Source: Octopus vulgaris (lineage: Eukaryota). From it: DNA of 64,000 bases. Below the pieces are notes generated by a model. That model saw only the letters and a program-made list of their open reading frames with translations. It did not search any database and had not been told where the DNA came from. Made by a program: the position numbers and the translations under genes. Positions 36,976-49,989 of this stretch are shown one piece after another. Each line of letters opens with the position of its first letter. Position 1 is the first letter of the stretch. Location: NCBI GenBank assembly GCA_951406725.2, contig OX597819.1:117118001-117182000 (forward strand). The letters run 5' to 3'.

Positions 36976-37164
36976 TTAGAATATGTTTAATTTCAACAGT
37001 AATATAGTATAGAGCATAGAATTATTTGAATGCATCAAACTATATATATGATGGACACTGAACAATGAGATATATAGCGCACGAATCAATGCAAGTTTAA
37101 AAGCGTAGACGTAGCTAATAGTCAACAGCATATTGTCTGAATATTTCTTTGTAAAATTATACAC
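36976..37164 (-). pseudogene. Possible GPCR TM6-TM7 relic
   Basis: NMLLTISYVYAF...SLMHSNNSMLYTIL resembles the ML..IS..F and LL...NNS.NF.LY motifs. Confidence 0.22.
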
Positions 37165-37434
37165 TGAACAAAATGAAGGAAATTAGATTATACAGTAGAC
37201 CTACACACCATAAAAATAGTTTCAGTCGAATCACTTAAATTAATTTAAGCCGCTCGACATGAAAATAAAATACTTTACATACTGCACACTTAACTACCAT
37301 TTTAAAACTAACACAGATAGTCGTAGTGGTGAAGGTGTCTGATAAAAATATCTATTGCAATCTGAAGGCAGATCGTCTGGAAAATATTCAGAAGCATAAC
37401 CGAATTAGTTTTATTGACATGGCAGATGTAAATA

Positions 37435-37981
37435 TTAGGTTGTCCGGAAAGTTCGTGCCGATTTTTAAAGGAAAGAAAAAGGTCAATAAATACTTGTCAT
37501 TACATTTTTAATCAATCAAATATGAACCATTTTGTTGCACAATGCGTCGCCATCTTTCATTTAAATTGAAAATACCCTCTTCCCAGAATTAAGGTGGTTT
37601 CATGGCAAAGAATTCATCATGATATATTTTTACGTCATCCAAGGAATTGAAATTTTTACCCTTTAAAACTATTCTGCAGAGACCTGAATAAATGGAAATC
37701 CGAAGGAAAAATATCTGGTGACTATGGAGGGTAGGGTAACATCCCAGCCGAGCTGCAGCAATTTTTTTCTGGCTCCCAAAGCATCAAGTGCCGAAATATA
37801 ACTTTCTTATCTTCAATTTTAAATGGTTACAGAATTAACACAGGTTATAGGAACACAAACTTTCTTCCGCGAGAAGATAGCTTAAACTATGCTCTAAATG
37901 GAGGTGTTGTCAAAACCTATTTTATGGACTCAACCATGTTCTAAAATAAGTCGAAATATAAGCACGAACTTTCCGGACAAC
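37435..37981 (-). mobile_element. Internally deleted mariner (DD34D) element with TIRs
   Basis: TA|TTAGGTTGTCCGGAAAGTTCGTGC ... GCACGAACTTTCCGGACAAC. Internal LLQLGWDV..PP*SPDIFPSDFHLFRSLQN. Confidence 0.9.
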
Positions 37982-38169
37982 ACATTTTCCCCATTATAAA
38001 GGTTCTGATTTGAATGCATGCAGGGTGGTAAACATCGCTAATATCGCCGAAGTACCGTGTGTTCGAGCGAGGGATCTGTTACAGTACCAAACAACTTAGA
38101 ACCTAAAACACACACACGGAAAATATATATAGTAAAATTACTTGTAAGGATTTTGGAAATTCAGTCAAA

Positions 38170-38880
38170 ACTTGGTGAGGAAATATTACTTAATTTAACG
38201 ACTCCAAGAACTTACAATAATGTTGAATTTAGTGTGAATTAAACACGGTAAGCTCATTCAAATGCAACAGGAATTTTACCCCAGCCTCTAACATGCATTG
38301 AGGTAAATTATCTAATAGTAGTGGTAAATTCTGTAGTTACGAGCGAAATATACTTCTAGATCTAAATTCACTTCTCTACGGAGTCTTCCAGCTTTTCAAC
38401 GCCTAATGTTATCGTGACGTACCTTATGGCTACCTATATGCACTTTAAATATTTTTTCCTTGCTAATCCCAAAATTTCGTCTCTTCCTATGTAACTGCGT
38501 CACACATTCAGTGAAATGGTTACGTCTGGCTGAAGAATCTACTTTCTTTATTATCGCAATAAATATAAAATTTATGTTCGTGTAACTGCTAATGTGCTTA
38601 TTTATATATTGGTTTTGCGAAATAGTACTGGTATTTTGAGGTAATTTTATTTGGTACAGTTGCATTTGTTTTATTTATGTTGTCAATAGTAATAGCATCG
38701 ATGTTATTAATAAATATACCGTTGTTGTTGTTGTTATTGCTCTTACGCCTTTACCAACACAGTTATTGTAGCTTTCGCTTTACGTAATAGCCATTATTTC
38801 GAATATGATTTACACGATTCTCTGATAGCGTCGAATGGTCTCACATATTGTAAAAGTTCATTGACACTACTACTTCCGGA
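38170..38880 (-). pseudogene. Possible decayed GPCR (TM4-TM7)
   Basis: VRAITTTTTVYLLI (TM4), NINFIFIAIIKKVDSSARR (TM5/ICL3), LLDNLPQ (TM6), LNELTVFNS and LNSTLL*VLG..K (TM7), in the expected order. Confidence 0.33.
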
Positions 38881-38998
38881 GTAATGTTATTACCTTGAAA
38901 GCAATAAATAATAAAATCTACAAATAATTTTGCTACAGTAACAAAAACATAAAAAAAATATTACTTTAGTGTTATTATATAAGTTGCATCCTCAGTCC

Positions 38999-39023
38999 AA
39001 TAATAATAATAATTATAATAATA

Positions 39024-39074
<51 letters not shown>

Positions 39075-39083
39075 GTAATAATA

Positions 39084-39125
<42 letters not shown>

Positions 39126-39158
39126 GTAATAATAATAGTAATAATAATAATAATAATG

Positions 39159-39209
<51 letters not shown>

Positions 39210-39251
39210 GTAATAATAATAGTAATAATAATAATAATAATAGTAATAATA

Positions 39252-39312
<61 letters not shown>

Positions 39313-39331
39313 TAATAATAATAGTAATAAT
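38999..39331. repeat. (AAT)n microsatellite with AGT/GAT variants
   Basis: Direct reading. Confidence 0.97.
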
Positions 39332-39700
39332 AGAGAAAAATAGTGAGATCATTGACTAGCCATACTAAATGATATGAATATCGTGAGTAAAGTGGTTGAA
39401 AAAAATTACCAAGTATTTCGTATTGAAAGTGGAAATGGAAAGACTGCATGGAATGCGAGAGAGTAATGTAAAAGTGATACCAGTGGTGATCGGAACGTTG
39501 GGATCAATCCCATTGAAACCTCAAGACTTCTTATGACAACTGGTAATCACATGCAAGATTGATCTCTTGCAGAAAGCAGCCTTATTGGGTACAGCGCACA
39601 TCTTAAGGAATGTATTATCTGTCTGAGGTATTGTTGTGACTTGACAGATGGCAAAAGCCCCCGTTGCATTTTTACCTACACTGTGTTACGTAGGAATAAT
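39332..39700 (+). mobile_element. 5'-truncated R4/Dong-like LINE (RLE C-terminus plus 3' UTR), second family
   Basis: KITKYFVLKVEMERL..VKVIPVVIGTLGSIP...LQKAALLGTAHILRNVLSV*. (AAT)n on both sides. Confidence 0.85.
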
Positions 39701-41514
39701 AATAATGACAACAATAACGTCATATTCTTTCATACATAATAAACATTGTGAATTAAATGTGTTTAGATCGGTAACTCTCCTTCAGTGAGTGGATCATAAT
39801 AATAATAGTAATCACAATAACATGAAGATAGATAATTCTTGCTAATATTTGGCTGAGAGCCAGCCAAATATGTGAGGGGATGAGATGCAGATCACAAAGT
39901 CCTCAGTGTTACACTGGTACAAATTCTATCAATCCCAAAGTGTTGGAAAGTGAAGACGATCTGGGCGACATTTGAAATCAGTAACTAAAGGCTTAATTGT
40001 TACAAAATTTGGCACGACGTCAAGAATTTTAGTGGAATTTAAATAATCAATTGCAGTAATGACTGTACTTGAGTGGTACTAGATTCTGTTCTCCAGTCTG
40101 CCTCTAAAAAAATGTTTCTATTCCTAAGAAACATATTCTGCTTCTAAAAGAATTTTTCTATCTATGGATGTTTTGCTTTAAGAAAAGTGCTCGTAACAAG
40201 AATATTTGTTGAGTGACCAAGCTGTTACCCATTAAGGGGTGCTGAAATTGTCAACTGGAACAAAAGTTTAATTTCATGAATTGATGACGAAAACTGAACG
40301 CGGTGTCGGTGGGTTTCATTATATGCTATGAGGAAACACTTCCCTCGTGGCTACTCAACTGTTTCCCAGGGTTTCACGATGCTGAACGTTTTATAACAGA
40401 CATGGAGTTTCGTAACTATGCTGAATTACACAAATATAAGATCAATAGTCTAACTCTAAAGATCCAAAATCGCTTTGAACACCAGTGGTTAGTGCCTTAT
40501 GCAACTCTTGTCTTTTAACCTCCAGTCATACACGTACGTCTCATCCCCCACTCTTGCAGTAAGCGCAACTACTATTTTATCACCACTCTAATCATCGTTT
40601 CTTGAAGAAGCTTCAAAAACCTAAGAGAGACTCACATGAAAGATTCTGTACTCAGTATTCGGAAGTGGAACACTACAGAGATGCATTGCGTTTAACGAAC
40701 AGATAGAGGAAAACTCTCTTCTTTGGCCCATAATTTGATCCTTCCTGCATGATACATCTGCTTCTAAATGTAGTCCACAAGTGTGCAAGGTTAGTGTACT
40801 GAACAAATACGTACAGAATAATGTTATCAATGTACGTCCTTATTATAAAGACGGTCAGGAAATGCATTCATGGCAAATAATTCAAAGCGTGAGATTCAAC
40901 ACATGAGCTTTTGGCAGAGAATGGCATCATTTTTACATAACGTGAAAAATGTATGAAAAGCCATGCATGAAAACAAAACAAATGGATCAAATAAACAATG
41001 GGAAAATCATCAACTGACATAAAATCAAAACGTGGTGCGCCAAGTCTACATGAATGCCTAAAGCATAACTTTACCTGAGAAAACAAAATACGTTACATTC
41101 AAAGAAATGTTACGAACAAATAGGTGGAATACCAATATATTGTTAAAGCCAGCAGGCACGTTAAAAAAATATATATAATTAAAAATGAAGAACCTTTATC
41201 ATTCGCTTTAACAACACGTTTGGTGCCTTCATTCAATCATCGGGCTCTGTCCACATGCATAACCTAAAACAGGACAATGTGATAGGAGAAAATACGAGAA
41301 AAGGCGAGAAGATAGATGTAAAAAGTGGAAGGTTGAAAACAAGAGAAAAAGAATGAGAGAGGAAAAAGAAACAGGAGAAAATTAGACTTTCGTCCCATTT
41401 GACCGTAAAGACATAAGGCTGAATGGATAGGGGCCAAGAGTCTGCAACATAGCTGTTCCATCTGGAGAGGGTGGTATTTTCCAATACGTCAACAGGAAAT
41501 TATCCATATATTTA

Positions 41515-42370
41515 ATATGCTGAAAATTTCAGATCTGGAATTTAGGCAGTGCAGTGGATTTCTTAGATCTAAGAAAGATCTGTATACTTTCACCTACGCA
41601 TAGCTTACATTTTTTGATCCACAGATATATGGTGTGGGCTTTTCAACTTTTTTTCCACTTCATTGTGTGTGCTCTAGCGTTAGACTCCAAATACCATACG
41701 TGACTAACCAAACAACGCTCTGCAAACCACGTATCTTCCTTCCGGTACAATTTTTCTCTCTTTATACTTAAAGAGATATTTATGGAGATACCATTGTATT
41801 CTTTAAGAGCATTGCACGAGTTTAAATTCTAAATCACTTTAGATAATTCGAAGAGAATCTGAATAGGCGTTTTAACTGCAGACCTTATAGTTTTTATTTC
41901 TTTTTTTTTATATTTTTGCTTTTAGGAATGCCATTCTATCTTGGAGCGGTGCCGAGAAATTCTGTTTCAAAGTGTTCTGATCTCTGACGAACAAAAGTAA
42001 TGTTAATGTCATTGACTGTTGTTTAGATATTATTTGCTTCAAAATGTTCTTTTCATCGCGGTAAAAGCCTCTCTCAAAGGGAAAACATATAAGTTGGTCA
42101 GAATACAAATTGTTATATTTGAAAGTTTTTAGACATTTGAGTCAGGCCGTGTGAAGAGAGAATCATGAAGCGTGGTCAAATGAAAACTGGATGATGAATC
42201 ATAGCAACGCATAAGTTCAAGAATTATTTTTTGTCTATGGTGATTGGTATATACAAGGTGACCCGTCATCTGCAGGTGTTGGGATATTTGGATTCACGGT
42301 AGCTGTGTTTGTTCGCCAAGTTTAATTCAACATCGAGACTTCAGAATACACTGGCGACTGAAATATAGTG
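41515..42370 (-). mobile_element. Degraded Penelope-like element (RT end plus GIY-YIG C-terminus)
   Basis: LDVELNL, then SHVWYL..EHTMKWKK, PYICGSKKCKLCVGE, CLNSRSEIFS. Confidence 0.7.
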
Positions 42371-42451
42371 AAAAATTGATACGTAAACTACACTTTGATT
42401 CTGAATAGGAAATCCTTGAAGTTTCTCAAGCTAAATAATGTATATATATAT

Positions 42452-42539
<88 letters not shown>

Positions 42540-42750
42540 TATGAGAGGTATTGGTATCAAGAAGACCCAAAGGTGTCAGGTAACGCTGAGTAAATGCTAT
42601 GGAGAAACCATAGTTAAGCTCCAGGTTCGATAATGATACGAATGAAGAGTCGAAAATGGATCGTGTATTAGCATATATATATAATAATTAACAGAATGAG
42701 ATAACAATTCCAAGAGTGTGAAGAGTTTTCTGAACATCTATACATAGAAT

Positions 42751-43116
42751 GCCTTACAGCTGTTTCTGTGATATTTTATATATCCCTTCAAAGTTTACAT
42801 AATAATTATTGAAGAAAAGTTATGAAATACAGAGGGAAATGAAGGAATGAAATAAAATTAAGATATGTAACTATATTGTGTTTGCAGTTCTATTATTTAA
42901 GCAGAACGGGGCATATGTAAGTTTCCTGTACTTTATATATATATATACCATTCTGCTTAAATAACGGAACTGCAAATACAATATCCTTACATCTCTCAAT
43001 TCTATTGTCATTCCTTCGCTTCCCTCTGCATTTCATATCTTCTCTACAATAATTAATACTTAAACATTTTCTCGCACCGTCTCTGCTGAAGAGATATATA
43101 ACATATCCCGGAAACA
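42751..43116. mobile_element. Inverted pair of PLE pLTR-like repeats, each with a damaged hammerhead
   Basis: 42761-42912 is the reverse complement of 42946-43116. Motifs: GAUAU..AUAUC..GAAACAGCUGUA (minus) and GUCU-CUGCUGA-AGAGAUAU..AUAUCCCG-GAAACA (plus). Confidence 0.75.
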
Positions 43117-43140
43117 TCTCTCTCTATATATAAACATATG

Positions 43141-43192
<52 letters not shown>

Positions 43193-43272
43193 GCAAAAAC
43201 TGTCCGACGAACGGGAACGTGAAATTCAGAGCAACATGTTTTGTTGAATTTTCTGCTGCTTTAAATAAAGTA
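43193..43272 (+). mobile_element. Short repeat with a degenerate CCGANGA-type hammerhead motif
   Basis: UGU-CCGACGA-ACG-GGAA-CGU-GAAA-UUCAGAG-CA-ACA at 43201-43236. Homologous to 55947-56022 (minus). Confidence 0.55.
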
Positions 43273-43274
43273 TA

Positions 43275-43333
<59 letters not shown>

Positions 43334-43424
43334 TTATAAACATATATATGTGTATATGTATATATATTTGTATGTATATATATACATTTATATATATACA
43401 CATATATGTACATATATGTACATA

Positions 43425-43545
43425 TATGGCTTGCTCGCTTAGCCAGCGGGGTGGCGTCATTCGAAGGCTAAAACAATGCGAACGCATTGTGACCAGAGAT
43501 GTGTAACCACATCTGATGGACTGGTCGGTCACGTGAACATATCAC
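43425..43545 (+). mobile_element. SINE-like 3' fragment with terminal hairpin
   Basis: GTGACC..AGATGTG-TAAC-CACATCT..GGTCAC followed by CGTGA repeats. Confidence 0.4.
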
Positions 43546-43609
43546 GTGACGTGATATGTACATATATATTTAAACGCACATGCATATATATATATATATA
43601 CACATACAT

Positions 43610-44003
43610 CGCCATGATTGACCGCTAGCCACTAAACCATTTTATTTTAATTCTCTCTGTTCATTTTCTGATGTTCCTTCCTGTGGAAGAGCGAAGGCTC
43701 GATGCGTATAAGACTTTCACACCTTCCCGATCGTTGAGCTAGTAAACCTCTTTGTTGTTTACACACCTGTCTTCATCTTTTGTCTTTTGTAAATTCCAAA
43801 TATATAGAGTCGCCATGATAGATCGTTAACCATTACACACATTTTTTCTCTCCTTGTTTCTCTCCTTGTTTTTTCTGTGCCCCTTTCTGTAGAAGATCGT
43901 AGGCTCGAAACGTAAAATACTTTTTTCCTGAGCGTTAAACTAATGCATCTGTTTGTTTTGTACACAACCTGTCTCCGTCTATTGTTTTTTTATCATAAAC
44001 TCT

Positions 44004-44005
<2 letters not shown>
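43610..44005 (+). mobile_element. Tandem dimer of a ~200-bp unit, each with a hammerhead-like motif (retrozyme/pLTR-like)
   Basis: Units start CGCCATGAT at 43610 and 43811. Motifs at 43676-43714 and 43883-43918, 206 nt apart. Confidence 0.75.
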
Positions 44006-44043
<38 letters not shown>

Positions 44044-44052
44044 TACACACAC

Positions 44053-44114
<62 letters not shown>

Positions 44115-44115
44115 G

Positions 44116-44166
<51 letters not shown>

Positions 44167-45424
44167 ATCTATATATATATAGTGAGAGAGAGAGAGAGAG
44201 TTTCAGATATATATATACATAATATACACTCTCGCACCCACATACACACACACATATATATGTTGCTAAGTAAGTAAAGTCAGAATGCTCTACGTGGTAG
44301 CTGTCTATTGTCCATTAGGCTTACTGTGAGGACGCATAAATTAAAATAGTTATCTCACATGAACTAAGAGTTAAGTAATTCACAAGCAGTTTTGAAAGTT
44401 TGCATACATTGGGCTATGTGTGTGTCAAGTTGATCATCAGAATCGGTTGATACATTTTCTCTTTTATTATCTATGTATAAACAAAGAATAAGCATCAGTA
44501 AGATCGTTCATTTATCTTTAGAAACTAAATGGTAAGAAAAAGATATATAACTTGATTTTCAGGTAAGTTAAAGCAATAAAAGAAATAAATGATTCAAAGA
44601 AACAAGTAAAATTTAGGATGGCACATAACATCCACCGTTCTTTTCCCCTCCTTCAAGAAAAAAAAAATATAAGTTAATATTGCTCGATAGTATCCTGGAA
44701 GATAACAAAGTTGAATAGAACAGCAAATGTGTGTATTAAACAAATATAACCTTTACACGGATCCAGTATATGTTTTGATGGCCATGGCTGAGAATACCCA
44801 ACTTTAAAACACGCACAGACAAACTGCCGTTTATATCAGAGAGAGATATGTGTATCTATATATATATATAGAGACGCTCAAACGGTTAGACAACTAAATC
44901 TTCTGCAACCCTTCGTCACGTCATATTTTCCATTAAGATTTGCTCGATGTATTGTATAATGTGCGTCTCAGATATGCCCTTTCTTTCATTGTATCCTTTG
45001 AATATGAGTCTATACAATCACTGCAGAAATGAAAAATATAAACAATATAAACAACGTCTAAATTACAAAGCATTTACGTTATTGATTGAATTTAGATATC
45101 GGGCTGTATTTATTATTAAACACTTATATTTCTGTCACTCTACCTTGTGATACATGTGGCACTTGAAAGTCATGCGATTTATAGTTAAATCGTGAACAAA
45201 TAAAGAGTCAACGTTCATTAGAAAAGTCACAATATCCTACGCACGCTCACACAGAAATGTGTTGAAGGAAAAACGAGTCAACATACCGGAAGTAAATAAC
45301 AAAGCAATTATGGTGAGGAAGTTATTCGAATGAGAACTCTGCTTAAATTAATAGGTATTCATTTCAGCATTTTGTACAAGACCCGAGAAATTTCATAATG
45401 ATTAAAATATATTAATAACTATCA

Positions 45425-45754
45425 TTATTTCTAATTCTCTCTAAAGGAGACTATGGTAGCGGTACTGGATATTAATAGTTATCGCCAAGCTAACACGGCA
45501 GTATAGAAAAAGAGGACGAATGTTGCCCTTGATTAGCTGTAAGAGGCCATCGCCTCTAGCTAGCGATGTGACACACAAACCTGTGTCCATTATAACCTTG
45601 AAGCTGCTGACCTCCCCTGTTCAAATATTAAAATAGACACAAGTTTGTGTGTCATATAGCTAGTTAGAGGCGATGGCCTCTTGCAGCTAATCAACGGCAG
45701 TATTCGTCCTCTTTTTCTGGACTGCCATGTTAGATTGGCGATAATTATTAATAT
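45425..45754 (-). mobile_element. 286-bp fold-back (45469-45754) plus one-sided flank
   Basis: ATATTAATAGTTATCGCCAAGCTAACACGGCAGT..AAGAGGCCATCGCCTCTA pairs with TAGAGGCGATGGCCTCTT..ACTGCCATGTTAGATTGGCGATAATTATTAATAT. Confidence 0.88.
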
Positions 45755-46019
45755 AAAATATATTACTTGTATCTATGCCATATTTCTTGATATTATACAT
45801 TGTGGCAAAGGTATGGTACCAAAGACACACTTCAAAAGACAAGTGCAACTCTCGTTTTCTCTATATAACTATACATGTTCTATATGCTTATAGAACTAAG
45901 ATGAAGAGATAAATTTCTTCTGACGTGATACACCAGTGGCTGTCCTCAAACATTCAGTCATTTTACATGTAGATTTTGTTGACTCTAATTTCATACTATC
46001 ATTTTCAACGTGTCCATAC

Positions 46020-46232
46020 ATTTGATTTAAAACGTCTTCACATTAATTATATGTAAGATCCAATTATCTGCATTATAACAGAGGGATGCGTACTTCAGAA
46101 AGCGTAAGTATATATTACAAATGTCTGAAAACACAGCGATGGAATTCAGGTAATTAATGACAGGTAGATATCGTATTATTTCGAATACACTCTGTTGTAG
46201 AAGCAATTTCATGGCATGGTATGATAGCAACT
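46020..46232 (-). pseudogene. Possible GPCR TM6-TM7 relic
   Basis: One open frame: AMKLLLQQSVFEIIRYLP...CYNADNWILHIINVKTF, resembling TKMLL.VS..F.I..LP and N.A.NF.LY....TFR. Confidence 0.35.
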
Positions 46233-46363
46233 ATCATGTAAATAACAACAACAACAACAACAATAATTATAAGATTCTTAATAATAATACTAACATTAAT
46301 ACTAGTACTAATAATAATTATAATACAGATGGAGATGACTGGCTTTGTGTGAAATAATTTTCA

Positions 46364-46364
<1 letters not shown>

Positions 46365-46429
<65 letters not shown>

Positions 46430-46473
46430 CACTATTATTATTATTATTATTATTATTATTATCATTATTATTA
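46365..46473. repeat. (TAT)n microsatellite
   Basis: Direct reading. Confidence 0.97.
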
Positions 46474-47221
46474 CTCGTTCTTACTAATATTCTTTCCTCA
46501 ACAGTATAATAATAGGTTCTCATAAAGGTTTTCGGCAAATAGCTGACTGAAAATAGAATAGTAGAATAAAACTAAAACCCAATAATATACAAATACATAG
46601 AGAGGGGGGAAAAGCAAAAGATGAACCGAGAAAGAGAACGTGAGCCATGGCATTAGTAGAAGAAACCGAATATAGATAATAAAGAGTAATAAAACCAAAT
46701 CAAAAGAGAGTCTGGCTGCAAGGAGAATATAAAGAAATGAAGAGGACGAAAGAAGTAGGATAACGGAATACGAAAAGAAAGAACGAATAGCGTTGCATTA
46801 AATAATGCTTTGCCGATGTGATCAATCGGTTTTGCGACTACTGAAGATGAGACTTCTAAGAGGAAATCTAGAAACCATTAATCACAATGTATACTTCAAC
46901 TTCTGATCCGCTGATGAAGTGACCGGTGCCTTGACGATAATACTGATTTATTTCCTACACATAAATACATACAGAGCACACACTTATACACACACACACA
47001 TACATATATGCGAATATATATATATGTATATGATTTTAAATATATATAGGTACTCAGATACACACATATATATATATACATTTATGTCCACAGAAAAAAA
47101 AAAACAGTGAAAGAGTGATGATAGTTAGATAAATAGATATGCAGAGAGACATATAGACAGATGACATATATACATACATTCAGAGAGACAGGAAGACAGA
47201 CAGACATATAGATAGAAAGAC

Positions 47222-47322
<101 letters not shown>

Positions 47323-49989
47323 TAGATAGATTGATAAATAGATAGAAAGACACACACATCTATATATATAGAGAGATAGATAGATAGATACATCATACAT
47401 AGATAATACTTTATTGTAAATACAGAAATATATAATAGCTTTCCAAAATAAAATATATATATATATAATATTGTTTTTGTAAAGAAATACCCATTTGTCG
47501 GTAAACCCTGATTGCCTATCACTGTTATTGTCAGTTCCGACATGACAAGTTGTATCTGAATACATTTTGATATTAAAGCCCCTGTTTTCCATTACATTCA
47601 GCCGAGCAGCATTTTGGCTTTCATATTTATAACGTATTAATTTCTACCAATGAGGTATCGTGTTTCTTCACTAGACTTCACAGTAATATTTGTCAAGAAT
47701 ATATTGAGAATTTGAATATTTAACACTTACACTACGTTTGGAAAATATACTCCAGTGAGTTTTCTTAGAACTTCATAAAACTAGACTCATCAAAATCTTC
47801 AATAAGTTATAAATTTTGTTTATTTCATTTATTCTTTTGTTAGACTGTTTTTTTTTTCAGTTATTAATCGCCTTTGCTTCGTTTGAGAGTATGTAGTGCT
47901 GAAGCGAGTACATTTAAGATACCAGTCCGCACAAATTAATATCTGTAGCAATGCTGTGTAGTGCCCATGAAACTAGATTTACCCTGCAATTTAGGAATGC
48001 TAAGCCTAAAATGATTACCATTTGCTCTGAATGTTTTTAACTTGAGTATGTTTGTTCAGAGTTTCGTTGGAATAATATTCTTTAAAGATACTGTTTGTGT
48101 AATTTTCGTCAAATTTCTTCTTAAAACACCTGCTTTTCTTGTGAGGAATTACTTCACTGTTAATATTCTGAATATAAAAAGAAACGTAATGAATTTTACA
48201 TTAAATTTAGCAGAATACAATTAAAAAGAAGCAGCTGATATGAGATTAAAGATAGTCTTATGCAAATACACCGATAGCTTGATGCAGCCTAAAATATATA
48301 ACGTGATGAGCTGACACTAACTTGTAACCGATTCAGATTAGAAGCATACTAAGGAGGAAGATCAACTGCGATAATGAAAATTAACCTCGAAGTAGGAGAG
48401 GGAAAGAAATATTAAAATTGAAGTTGAACATAAATCATTTGGAATACTCAAACATTGGATTGTGGTTCACTCTTATTAGATCTTATCAGAAAGCAGTCCA
48501 TTGGCATTAGCGATGACTTTTAAGTGACGAACAGATAAAGTAATTTATGTGAAAATTATTCATATTTGAGACACGATTACGACATTTACTGATTAGAATT
48601 TACCAAGAAGGGGCTCAGCATTATAAACAAAGAGAAAGTGTAATCTACAAATACAAAGCCATTTCTCCGTTAGCGATGTTGACTAAAAGTTATACGTCGT
48701 TAGCAGGTGTAACATAGTAACATACCTGCAGTTGTTAACAAAGCTGTTATGTAACTTTCTAATGCCTCATCCATTTTTTCTTTTAAACTTTGTTCAAATG
48801 AAAGATTGTTGTTTTTGGTAAATTGAAATACTGTTTTGCAACCAGCATTAGAGAATTATATGGTGTTTTCTTTGATTTAATTTGCTCCCTGTAAATGAGT
48901 AATATAATTTACATTCTTCTTAATACCCCAAGAAAAGGGTCACTGTTAAGAAAGTGTATGTTTCGAACAGTAATATATAAATCGTTTTTTTCATATGAAT
49001 ATGCAGCTGGTAAAGTACCTCTTATACGTTTTGCTTCTTTGTCGGCAGCTATAATTCACTGCTATACTGCTGAATGTAACGTTGGCTAACGTGTCTTTTA
49101 AGTTCCTCTTTGGTATTATACAGCGCAAATAAACTAAAATTTTTTCAGTGCAAATAAGAGATTAATCTTCTGGACAGGAAATTTCTGAAACTTACTCGTC
49201 AATAGAGTTGCCACGATAATGAATTTTGTGCGTCTACATGATGATAGAAATTGTAAAGACAAAAGAATGTATAAATGTGGTGTAAATTACTGATAGGAAT
49301 TCTAATATGAAAGCAAGAGTAAATTTGAAAAAAAGAAATGATTTAATGCATAAAAAAAAAATCATGTAAATTATAAAATCAAAAAATATATATAGCATGT
49401 CTAAAGTACTACGAATGTTGCTGATCAATGTTCATTATGTTGATTAGATGAATGAAGAAAGACTGTTTAGAAAAAAAAATTACTGAAGATACATTATAAG
49501 TTGAAGAAATGGGTCTGCTTGCAAGATTCTTTTTCCCTTCATTAACCTAAAATAGTTTTGATACATCAGATGCTTTCGAAAGAGAAAAAAAAAACAAAAA
49601 CAAAATTGTATTGATTGCAAAGTAGATATAAAAATGATTGCAGAAGATGTCGAAGAGAAATATGTGATATACAATAATGATTATTGATATTTTTATTATT
49701 TTTAATATGTAACGCTTTACCTTTATTGCTTTTAATATTTGGAGGGTAGTAGTGTCTAAGCGTACACTACTAATGTTAATATATATTTGTAATTAATTAG
49801 CTTTTATGTTACGTTATGGATTTAAATCACATTATTTAGTATTATTACTATGTCTTCTTGTATTATTTATACTAAGAGCATTAGATAAGGCAGTAGATAT
49901 ATCAATAACAAACACAAAGAAGCTACACACATAAACATCACAACAACCACTAGTAAAACATCAAAAGTATTAGTGTTATACAAAGTACA

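Noticed and set aside
46836-46945. CTGAAGA..GAAA-TCTAGA and a nearby CTGATGA
   Set aside because: No UH triplet or stem I partner.
47490-47600. KTGAL...ELTITV..QGLP, faintly cadherin-like, minus strand
   Set aside because: Lacks the DRE/DxND calcium motifs and is bounded by stops and microsatellite.
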